The notes beneath the pieces were generated by a model, which saw only the letters and a list, made by a program, of their open reading frames with translations, was not told where the DNA came from and did not search any database. A stretch of DNA of 64,000 nucleotides from Myxococcales bacterium (GTDB lineage: Bacteria > Myxococcota_A > Polyangia > Polyangiales > DASUME01), in the NCBI GenBank assembly GCA_047601445.1, contig JASGJH010000001.1, positions 2,272,001-2,336,000 on the forward strand, read 5' to 3'. A program made the translations under genes and the position numbers. This document shows positions 31,828-39,610 of this stretch, one piece after another (the first letter of the stretch is position 1; each line of letters starts with the position of its first letter).

Positions 31828-31829
31828 TC

Positions 31830-31887
31830 GGGGGCACGCTCCCTCCCCGCGCCGGGACCCACCCACCGCGGAGGTTCGCTACGCTCA
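31830..31887. repeat. Degenerate REP-like element
   Basis: GGGGGCACGCTCCCTCCCCG...GGGACCCACCCACCGCGGAGGTTCGCTACGCTCA, homologous to 1123-1201. Confidence 0.7.
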
Positions 31888-33687
31888 CGCTCCGGAGGCT
31901 TCGCCCGCTCGCAGCGTTTCGAGGTACGCGCGGAAGCCGCCGAGCGCGCTGATGTCCTCGGCACCTTCCACTGCGTAGGGCTCCACCAGGAAGCACTTCA
32001 CGTCCTCGCCCGACTCCGTGCGCACGTTGCCGATGGCGAGCGGCGCGCGCACGTTGGCCATGAAGCGCCCCAGCGCAGCCCAGCTCAAGTCGTAGAGCTC
32101 GAGCTCGATGGCGTGGCCGCCGCTCGAGACCCGCACCAGGCCTGGTTTCACGGGAGCGCTGCCGGGCAGCACGTAGAGCCGGTACTGATCCGTGGTTCGC
32201 GCACTGCGCACGAAGCGCGCCCCGCATTCGGTGAGCTGATGGTGAAGCGGCAGCCCTCGCAGGTGTGCCCCCACCACGGCCAAGCGCACCTCGCTGGTCG
32301 CGACGGACTGCCCGAAGGTGTGGGCCGGAGCAGGGGAGCGCGAGAGACCCATGCCGCACTCGGAGAGAGCGTGTACCGCCGCGCCCAGGGCATCGAGCTG
32401 GTTGTCGCGTCCCGGATGTCCGACCAGGGACAAACCGAACGGCAAGCCATCGGGCCGGAAACCCGCCGGCACGGCCAGCACCGGCACGTCCAGGAAGTTC
32501 GCGTAGCGCGTGTAGATGCCCAGCCGATCGTTGATGGCCCGCGGATCGGCCTGGTCGTCACTCAGGCGATAGTGCGTGGGCACCGTGGGCGTAACGATCA
32601 GCTCCACCTTGGCCAACTCCTGCATGCAAGCCTCGCGCAGGCGGTCCCGCTCGTAGTGCGCACGAAAGACGTCGGCCCCGTCGAAGCGTTTGGCCCCCAG
32701 GATGATCTCACGGGTCACAGGCAAGGCGCTCTCGGGCCGAGCCTCGATGAAGGCCCCGACGGACAGGTAGCGCTCGATCACCCAGGGACCGTAGAGCAAG
32801 TCGCCGAGCTCGCGGAAAGGGGAGAAGTCCACGCTGACCGGCCGTCCACCGAGCGAGACCAAGGTCTCCACGGCCCGCGCGAACAAGGCCTCGCTCTCCT
32901 TGTCGCCGTACCACTCGAGCTTTTCAGGCACGCCGAAACGAAAGCCATGGCCGAAGGCCCCGTGTTCGTCCGCAGCCTGCGCGCTCTTGCCCACGATGAG
33001 CTCCCGGGCGAGCACGGCATCCGCCACCGAGAGCGAGAACACCGACACACAGTCGAGGCTCTGACAGGCCGGCACCACCCCCTGCGTGGAGAGCAGGCCT
33101 CGGGTGGCCTTCAGACCAACGATGTTGTTGAGCGCGGCAGGAACCCTTCCCGAGCCCGCCGTATCGGTCCCGAGCGCAAGGCTCACGTAGCCGGCAGCCA
33201 CGGCGACCCCGGACCCCGAGCTCGAGCCGCCCGAAAGGTACGCGGGGTCGAACACGTTGCGGCAGGTGCCATACGGCGAGCGCGAACCCACCAGGCCGGT
33301 GGCGAACTGATCCAGGTTGGTCTTTCCGAGGCAGATTGCGCCAGCTTGCTCCAGCGCGATGACGCTCGGCGCCGAAGCGGCTGGTAGGTAAGAAAAGCCC
33401 GGACAGGCCGCGGTGGTGGGCATCCCCGCCACGTCGATGTTGTCTTTTACGCCGAAGGGCACGCCGAACAGCGGCAGATGCCGTGCCTCGGCGAAAGAGC
33501 CCAGCGCGCGGGCCTTGGCGCGGGCCTCCTCCTGCGAGATGAGGTGCGTGAAGGCATGGGGATGTTGGTCGCGCGCGATGCGCTCGTAGAGCACGTCGAT
33601 CAAAGACTCAGGTGTGAGGTCCAGATTCTCGTAAGCGCGCCGCAGCGTTCGAACGTCCAAACTTCCGTCCGTTGCCGTCCATCTCAT
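31885..33687 (-). CDS. atzF: Allophanate hydrolase
   Basis: Amidase signature VKDNIDV, GGSSSGS and GTDTAGSGRVPA; C-terminal domain LAVVGAHLRGLPL. Confidence 0.93.
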   Translation of the reverse strand: MRWTATDGSLDVRTLRRAYENLDLTPESLIDVLYERIARDQHPHAFTHLISQEEARAKARALGSFAEARHLPLFGVPFGVKDNIDVAGMPTTAACPGFSYLPAASAPSVIALEQAGAICLGKTNLDQFATGLVGSRSPYGTCRNVFDPAYLSGGSSSGSGVAVAAGYVSLALGTDTAGSGRVPAALNNIVGLKATRGLLSTQGVVPACQSLDCVSVFSLSVADAVLARELIVGKSAQAADEHGAFGHGFRFGVPEKLEWYGDKESEALFARAVETLVSLGGRPVSVDFSPFRELGDLLYGPWVIERYLSVGAFIEARPESALPVTREIILGAKRFDGADVFRAHYERDRLREACMQELAKVELIVTPTVPTHYRLSDDQADPRAINDRLGIYTRYANFLDVPVLAVPAGFRPDGLPFGLSLVGHPGRDNQLDALGAAVHALSECGMGLSRSPAPAHTFGQSVATSEVRLAVVGAHLRGLPLHHQLTECGARFVRSARTTDQYRLYVLPGSAPVKPGLVRVSSGGHAIELELYDLSWAALGRFMANVRAPLAIGNVRTESGEDVKCFLVEPYAVEGAEDISALGGFRAYLETLRAGEASGA

Positions 33688-33699
33688 GTGCCGTTCCCT

Positions 33700-34053
33700 T
33701 CAGAGTATCTCTATCGGCTTCACCCAGATGGCCAGCGCGACGCACCCTTCGGGGCTCGCCACGCGATGGCCAGTGCCGGGACCGTGGATGAGGAGACTGC
33801 CACGCCCGTAGCGCCCGCGCTCATCCTGCTGTGAACCTTCGAGGACCAAGATGTGCTCGAACCCCCTGTGGAGGTGGGCCGGCACACTGGCGCCGGGGGC
33901 ATAACGCAGGAGGGCCGCCGACGACCCATCCTCGCCATCGCGATAAAAGCGGGCGATCTGCACACCCTGGCGGAATGGCTGCCAGTCGAAGTCCGCGTAG
34001 TCCTCGGCGCGCTCGAGAAGGTCTGGAACCAACAGCCTGAAGCCTTCGCTCAT
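33700..34053 (-). CDS. ChrR-like cupin protein
   Basis: AALLRYAPGASVPAHLHRGFEHILVLEGSQQDERG and PGTGH. Confidence 0.88.
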   Translation of the reverse strand: MSEGFRLLVPDLLERAEDYADFDWQPFRQGVQIARFYRDGEDGSSAALLRYAPGASVPAHLHRGFEHILVLEGSQQDERGRYGRGSLLIHGPGTGHRVASPEGCVALAIWVKPIEIL

Positions 34054-34060
34054 TGGACGC

Positions 34061-34747
34061 TCATTTGGTGAGCGCCGCGAGCAGACTGCGTGAGTCCGAG
34101 ACCGCCCCGAAGACGCCGCCCTGCATCTTGATCATGTTGAGGGCTGCCGCGTGATTGGCCGGATCGGTGGCCGCACAGCAGTCGGACAGCAGCACGCACT
34201 CGAAGCCGCGATCGTTGGCCTCGCGCATGGTGGTATGCACACAGACGTCGGTCGTGATGCCGGTAAGGACGATGTTGCGGATGCCGCGCAACTTGAGGAC
34301 CATCTCGAAGTCGGTGGCGTAGAAGCTGCCCTTGCCCGGCTTGTCGATGACAGGCTCTTCCGGCCTAGGCTGGAGCTCGGGAATGATCTCCCAGCCTGGC
34401 TCGCCGCGCACCAGGACCTTGCCGCAGGGCCCAGGGTCACCGATGCCGGCGCCGATCTGGCGCGACCGCCAGCGCTTGTTGGCGGGCAAATCCGCCAGGT
34501 CGGGCCGATGTCCTTCCCGGGTGTGGATGACGTGGTAGCCGAGCTCGCGCATGGCTTGCAGCACGCGACCGATGGGCTCGATGCAGGCGCGCGTGAGCGA
34601 GATGTCGTAACCCATCAGCTCCACGTAGCCGCCCTTCCCGCAGAAGTCGGTCTGCATATCGATGATCACCAACGCGGTGTTCTCGGGTCGTAAATCTCCG
34701 TCGTAAGGCCAGGCGTAAGGTTGAGAGCTCGGGATGGTTCGCGTCAT
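34061..34747 (-). CDS. biuH: Biuret hydrolase (isochorismatase-family cysteine hydrolase)
   Basis: [60 protein letters not shown] and MQGGVFG. Adjacent to atzF. Confidence 0.85.
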   Translation of the reverse strand: MTRTIPSSQPYAWPYDGDLRPENTALVIIDMQTDFCGKGGYVELMGYDISLTRACIEPIGRVLQAMRELGYHVIHTREGHRPDLADLPANKRWRSRQIGAGIGDPGPCGKVLVRGEPGWEIIPELQPRPEEPVIDKPGKGSFYATDFEMVLKLRGIRNIVLTGITTDVCVHTTMREANDRGFECVLLSDCCAATDPANHAAALNMIKMQGGVFGAVSDSRSLLAALTK

Positions 34748-34852
34748 CGAGTCGGTTCCTCGGCGCTCAGACTATCTACCCCTACATTTCGCAATGGAGT
34801 CGTTAACGCATCTTGTACGGCCCGTCGCAGATTAAACGCTTGTGTTACACGG

Positions 34853-34890
34853 AAGAAAAACTGGCGGAGCTAAGTTCCGAGCGCCGCCAG
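34853..34890 (-). terminator. Putative intrinsic terminator upstream of biuH
   Basis: Minus strand reads CTGGCGG-C-GCT-loop-AGC-T-CCGCCAG followed by TTTTTCTT. Confidence 0.55.
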
Positions 34891-34929
34891 ACAGATTGCA
34901 GCTGGAGAGTGCGTTCGGTTTCGCCTGTG

Positions 34930-34994
34930 CGAACGGACGACGCTGACGGTTTCGTCTGCGCTGAAGCGGCCTACCCCGAAGAGAGGTCCGTTCG
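34930..34994. promoter_or_regulatory. Putative structured cis-regulatory RNA (multi-stem junction)
   Basis: A perfect 9-bp stem, CGAACGGAC (34930-34938) with GTCCGTTCG (34986-34994), encloses two inner hairpins and abuts the porin RBS/ATG. Confidence 0.4.
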
Positions 34995-36413
34995 ATGTCA
35001 GCACGCGATAGACGCCCGTTCAATCGACCCGAAGTACGCCATGGCGCAGTCGAGATCTCCGAGCTTGGGACCACGCCCGAGCGGACTGGACCAGGCGCTC
35101 GACTCCGGAGACTTGGCGCGCTCGCGCTGGCTTCGGCCCTCGGTTTCAGCGCGATTCCAGGGGCCCAAGCCCAGGACCCTGCCCCAGCCCCCGTGGCGCC
35201 AGCCCCCGCTCCGGCGCCCGAGACTCCCGCACCACCGCCGCCGGCCCCCGTCGCGGCACCCGAACCCACTGCCGTCACCCTGGAACCCACCGAGGAGCGC
35301 GCCGCCGAGCCGCCGCAGCCCGAGCAGGACTTGGCGCCGCCCGCAGCGCCGGCCGAGGAACCTTTCAAGCCCAAGCTGACGGTCGGTATCGGTCTGCGCA
35401 CCGGTCTGTCGCTTGAGTTCGCCAACGACAAGACCGTGCTGACGCTCCAGGACAGCCTGGACGGCGGCTTCATGTTTCGTCCGTTCTTCGCCGGCCAGCT
35501 GACGAAGAAGGTCAGCGTGTTCGCGCAGGCCGACGGCAGCCCCACCAGCTTCCACATGATCGATGCTTACGCAGAGCTCGCGTTCTTGCCGCAGCTCTCG
35601 CTGGTGGTCGGTCAGCACATCCCGGCCAACGACCGTAACAACAACTGCGGTCCATTCTTCAACAACAGCTGGAACTTTGCAGCCGTCCACTCTTACCCGA
35701 TGGACGCTGCGGCACGCGACCGCGGCTTCACCCTCTGGGGCATGCTCGGCGGCGGCGTGATCAAGTACCACGCCTCCATGGTCGACCTGCAGCCGGGCAA
35801 TCCCATCAGCAACGCGCGCTACGCCGGCCGCGTCATGTTGAGCTTGCTCTCGCCCGAGAAGGGCTACTACCTGTCTGGCACCTACTTCGGCAAGCAGGAC
35901 GTGCTCTCCATCGGTGGCGTCGCTTCCTATCAGAGCGGCCTCAAGGTCAAGGACGGCGGCCTGCCGAACAACGAGTTCCTCGGTCTCTCGGCGGACCTCC
36001 TGTTCGAGAAGAACCTCGGCGCAGTCGGCACCATCACGGTGGAAGCTGGCTACTGGAACTTCAACGGCACCGGCAAGAACTACAAGGTCCCCGGTGTCAT
36101 GGGAGCCCCGCCCGTCTTCGGCGGTGGCCTCACCGGCTTCGCGGGCGCGCTGAGCGGCAACGTCACGGGTCAGAGCTACGAGGTCGCCGTGTCGTGGCTC
36201 TCACCTCACAAGATCGGCTCGGGGCAGCTGCAGCCCAACGCGCGCATCCAGGGCTTCGACAAGGATGCAGGCGACGTGACCATCCTGGACGCGGGCCTCG
36301 GCTACATCATCGATGGCTACGCCCACCTCTACCGCGTGAACTTCCAGCACGTCACCGTGCCGAACGGCCAGGACTCCAACTCGGTCCAAATCGGCGGGCA
36401 GTTCCTGCTCTGA
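34995..36413 (+). CDS. Outer-membrane porin, FmdC (short-chain amide/urea porin)-like
   Basis: Signal peptide ending AQA-QD and a Pro-rich linker. Motifs VGIGLRTG, GQHIPANDRNNNCGPFF, RDRGFTLWG and YAGRV...PEKGYYLSGTYFGKQDVLSIG. C-terminal beta strand QIGGQFLL. Confidence 0.7.
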   Translation: MSARDRRPFNRPEVRHGAVEISELGTTPERTGPGARLRRLGALALASALGFSAIPGAQAQDPAPAPVAPAPAPAPETPAPPPPAPVAAPEPTAVTLEPTEERAAEPPQPEQDLAPPAAPAEEPFKPKLTVGIGLRTGLSLEFANDKTVLTLQDSLDGGFMFRPFFAGQLTKKVSVFAQADGSPTSFHMIDAYAELAFLPQLSLVVGQHIPANDRNNNCGPFFNNSWNFAAVHSYPMDAAARDRGFTLWGMLGGGVIKYHASMVDLQPGNPISNARYAGRVMLSLLSPEKGYYLSGTYFGKQDVLSIGGVASYQSGLKVKDGGLPNNEFLGLSADLLFEKNLGAVGTITVEAGYWNFNGTGKNYKVPGVMGAPPVFGGGLTGFAGALSGNVTGQSYEVAVSWLSPHKIGSGQLQPNARIQGFDKDAGDVTILDAGLGYIIDGYAHLYRVNFQHVTVPNGQDSNSVQIGGQFLL

Positions 36414-36432
36414 AGTCGGAGCCCGGCCCCCA

Positions 36433-36536
36433 AGTCGCGTGACTCCGCGTGAACGACCCACGGGCTCTGTGGCGGTGGGTGGGTCCCGTCGCGGCCCTTG
36501 CCGCGACGGGCGGGGAGGTCGCGTGACCTCCCCGTG
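36433..36536. repeat. REP-like elements: partial hairpin 36433-36452 plus near-full copy 36471-36536
   Basis: GGTGGGTGGGTCCCGTCGCGGCCCTTGCCGCGACGGGC-GGGGAGGTC-GCGT-GACCTCCCC. Confidence 0.8.
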
Positions 36537-36546
36537 AAGACCGCCC

Positions 36547-36984
36547 TCAGGTCTTCTGGTAGGGCGTGGGCTGGTAAGGCACGGGCCATACGTGCATGAG
36601 CCAGTAGATCGGCAGCGCGAAGGGCCCACACAGCACGAAGGCAGCGATCCACAGAGCCCGCTCGTCCGCTCGGATGCGCGGGTTGTTGCCCAGGAGCGCG
36701 CCGAAGATGAGCAGCGTGAAGAACCCGGTCGCGATCAGCATGCCGATGCTGAAGACCGCCAGAAACGGGCTCAAGCTGAACAACCCCTGGGGCAAGAGCG
36801 CGGTCCCCGTGACCACGAACAGGACCAGGCTGGCGGCGAGCAAGGTGCCCATCAGGATGCCGATGCGCATGGTGGGGCTCATGGCCTCGGCGCAGAAATC
36901 AGGCCGACGATCGGTGGGTTCGGCCACGTGGACGCGCTCATCCGCCGCGGTGTGCATGGCGCCGTCGTAGATGTGGTGCTGCAT
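36547..36984 (-). CDS. Hypothetical membrane protein (3 TM)
   Basis: ATG 36984 with an AGGAGG RBS; three hydrophobic segments. Confidence 0.65.
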   Translation of the reverse strand: MQHHIYDGAMHTAADERVHVAEPTDRRPDFCAEAMSPTMRIGILMGTLLAASLVLFVVTGTALLPQGLFSLSPFLAVFSIGMLIATGFFTLLIFGALLGNNPRIRADERALWIAAFVLCGPFALPIYWLMHVWPVPYQPTPYQKT

Positions 36985-37122
36985 GGCTGAGTCCTCCTGT
37001 TCCCGAACAGGTGAACACAGGCCTCGGAAGCGCAAGCGGCCACAAGGGGCGCAAGTGGGCGGCTGGACGGGAGAACGTGCGGAGTTGACTCGGGGTGGGC
37101 GCCTCCGCTACGCATGCGGGCG

Positions 37123-38040
37123 ATGAAACAGCTCGTACCCGTGATTTTGGTGGTCCTGGGCGCTGGCAGCTCGGCCTGTGCCGGCAACCAGCTCCAACCC
37201 GTGATGGCGTCGTCGGCCGAATCCACTCCCTATGCAGTGAGCTATCCGGCGGACCTGGAGGCCACGCGCACCCTGCTCGCCGAGGAAAAGACGCAGGCGC
37301 AGAGCCTGTCCGCGGGCCTGGCAGCCCAGACCAAGGATTTGAAGACCCCGCTCGACACCGAGCTGGCGCTGCGCATCGTGGATGCCGCCGACGAGGCCGG
37401 TGAGAGCGAAGGCTACGCTCGGGCCCGCGCCCAGGAGCGCGCCGTGCGCGAGTTTTGGGAAGCGGAGCGCGGCCCCATCGGTTCGCGCGTGAACGGCGCG
37501 GTCCAGCAGAAGGCCAGCGAAGCCAAGTGCGAGAACACGGAGGGGCTCACGAGCTCGGTGTCGTACGCACTGCGCGAGGGCGTGGACAAGCAGCTGGAGC
37601 GTCGCTTGCGGTCCCAAAACGAGGCTCACCTCTTGATCGAGCGCAACAAGTCGAGCCTGGGTGCCAACGTGGCGCCGCTGCAGAAGCTGGCCGACGACGT
37701 CACCGTGAACAGCTATCTGGTGAACAACGCGCTGATCGAAGACTCGAATCGAATCTCCCGAATGTTGTCCGAGCGACGAACCGTCGAGCGCACGCTCGAT
37801 GACGCGATCGAAGAGGAGACACGGCCGCCTACGGGCCCGCAAACGCCCGCCGAACGCAAGGCGTCGGCCGAGCGGCTCGCCGAACTGACGAAAGCGCGCG
37901 ACGCCCTATCGAGCGCCGCGGCCAATGCGGAGGGTGAGATCAAGACCAGCCAAGAGCAGGTGAAGACGGCGCAATCCGAATACGACGCGGCGCTCTCGGC
38001 GCTGCGGGACGAGCTGCGAAAGCTGTCGCTAGCACGCTGA
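37123..38040 (+). CDS. Hypothetical coiled-coil lipoprotein
   Basis: Signal peptide with SSAC; Ala/Glu/Arg-rich helical body. Confidence 0.65.
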   Translation: MKQLVPVILVVLGAGSSACAGNQLQPVMASSAESTPYAVSYPADLEATRTLLAEEKTQAQSLSAGLAAQTKDLKTPLDTELALRIVDAADEAGESEGYARARAQERAVREFWEAERGPIGSRVNGAVQQKASEAKCENTEGLTSSVSYALREGVDKQLERRLRSQNEAHLLIERNKSSLGANVAPLQKLADDVTVNSYLVNNALIEDSNRISRMLSERRTVERTLDDAIEEETRPPTGPQTPAERKASAERLAELTKARDALSSAAANAEGEIKTSQEQVKTAQSEYDAALSALRDELRKLSLAR

Positions 38041-38191
38041 ACGCACGCTTGCCGCCGAAAGCTGCGGCACAGTCCACGTTGGCAGCACGAGCGAACGAAC
38101 TGTCGACGTCCTCGAACACGCCGCTAGAGCGGCGCCGACGCGCAGCGCGCGAGCGACTCCGGAAAAACCGCGTAGGTTTGAATGGAGGGGG

Positions 38192-39514
38192 TTGTCGCGC
38201 GTGCAAGCAGGTCGTCATACGCTGCGGCGAAGCTTCCTCTGGCTCGGCTCCGCTTCCGCGCTGTCGCGCCTTGTGGACTTGGCGGCCATCGTCATCGTCC
38301 TGCGCTTCGTCTCGGCGAGCGCCGTGGGCGCGGCGTCGGCAGCCTGGACCATCACCACGCTGCTGGAACCGTTCGCCAGCTTGGGCGTGGGCTACGCGAT
38401 CCTCACCATGCGGCGCCTCGATCGCCGCACCATCGACGCCGCGGTCTGGCTCTCGTTGGTAGGCGGACTGTTGTTCGCGGGGCTGGTCGCAGCCGGCGCG
38501 GAGTTCGCTGGCTCGCTGTTCGGTGCGCCGCAGGTGGCCCCGCTGATCGCCATCGGCGGCCTCAAACTCATCCCGGTCGCCGTGGCGGCCGTGCCTCAGC
38601 AGCGGCTGGCGCGTGCGCTCCGACATCGTGAGCTGGCGGCAGCCAGCACGGTGGCGACCTTGCTCTCCGCGATCAGCCGCGTGGTCTTCGCCACGCTGGG
38701 CTTCGAGGCGTGGTCGTTCGTGCTCTCGCAACACGTGTACGCCGTGACCCTGGCCGGCTGCCTCTGGGCGATGGTGCCCTTCAAGCCTCGCTTCAACACC
38801 TACCCGCGCGCCGTCGAGCGTCTGCTCACGCTGGGATTGCCCACGAGTGCGGGCGCGTCGGTCGGCCTGTTGGCGCGCAACCTGGACATGCTCTTCGTGA
38901 GCCGCTGGTTCGGCCTGGAGGCATTGGGCCTGTATCGCGTGGCCTTCGATCTGGCGGTCGCGCCGCTGGTCGCCATCGGCGACGTCATCGCGCGCTCGGC
39001 GGCGCCCACGCTACGTCGCTTGATCCGGGACCCGAAGGGCCTGAGCTCGACCTTCGAGTATTCGGTGAAGCTGGCCACCCTGGTTTGCCTGCCCATCGCC
39101 GGCTTCGTGGCCAGCCTGGCGCCGCTGCTCCTCACCTGGGCCAAGGACCCCACCTTCGTCGCCGCCGCGCCGGCCGCGCGCCTGTTGGTGTTGGCGGGCC
39201 TCTTGCTCGTGGTGTTCGGGCTCTACGGCCCGCTGGCCCAGGCCATCGGCAACCCCGAGCTGGGCCTGTGGTCGAACCTGGAGCTGTTCGTGCTGCTCGC
39301 CACCAGTCTCTGGGTCTGCCTCTCTCTGTTCGGGCCCTTCCTGTCCATTAGTGCCGCGGCCATCGCGTGGTGCGTGGCACTTTGCACCGCCCTGCTCCTC
39401 ACGCGGCATCGCTTCCGACGCGTGCTGTCGCAAAAACGCGCCAAATCGAGGCCGCCTTCGCTCACAGAGTCCGGCGAACGCCTATCCAGCGCGGCCTATC
39501 GACGCGTGATTTGA
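38192..39514 (+). CDS. Oligosaccharide flippase (Wzx/PST family)
   Basis: Many TM segments; SFLWLGSAS, LARALRHRELA and NLDMLFVSRWFGLEALGLYRVA. Confidence 0.85.
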   Translation: MSRVQAGRHTLRRSFLWLGSASALSRLVDLAAIVIVLRFVSASAVGAASAAWTITTLLEPFASLGVGYAILTMRRLDRRTIDAAVWLSLVGGLLFAGLVAAGAEFAGSLFGAPQVAPLIAIGGLKLIPVAVAAVPQQRLARALRHRELAAASTVATLLSAISRVVFATLGFEAWSFVLSQHVYAVTLAGCLWAMVPFKPRFNTYPRAVERLLTLGLPTSAGASVGLLARNLDMLFVSRWFGLEALGLYRVAFDLAVAPLVAIGDVIARSAAPTLRRLIRDPKGLSSTFEYSVKLATLVCLPIAGFVASLAPLLLTWAKDPTFVAAAPAARLLVLAGLLLVVFGLYGPLAQAIGNPELGLWSNLELFVLLATSLWVCLSLFGPFLSISAAAIAWCVALCTALLLTRHRFRRVLSQKRAKSRPPSLTESGERLSSAAYRRVI

Positions 39515-39610
39515 GCCGCGCCCAGCTTCGATAGCGGCGGCCTGCAGCGGAACACCAACGTCGTTGCGCAAGAGCCGAAAAGCGGGGGAACATGCTAGGC
39601 AGCCCTGAGC

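Noticed and set aside
34843..34869. GTTACACGGAAGAAAAACTGGCGGAG resembling the 3' part of a guanidine-I (ykkC) riboswitch
   Set aside because: The 5' conserved elements (CUAGGGUUCCG, GGUCCGAG) are absent and the 3' match is partial. Tandem ACGR-loop hairpins of guanidine-II are also not present.
34912..34932. Minus-strand CGCACAGGCGAAACC resembling the start of a c-di-GMP-I riboswitch
   Set aside because: The following GNRA hairpin and GACGCAAA segment are missing.
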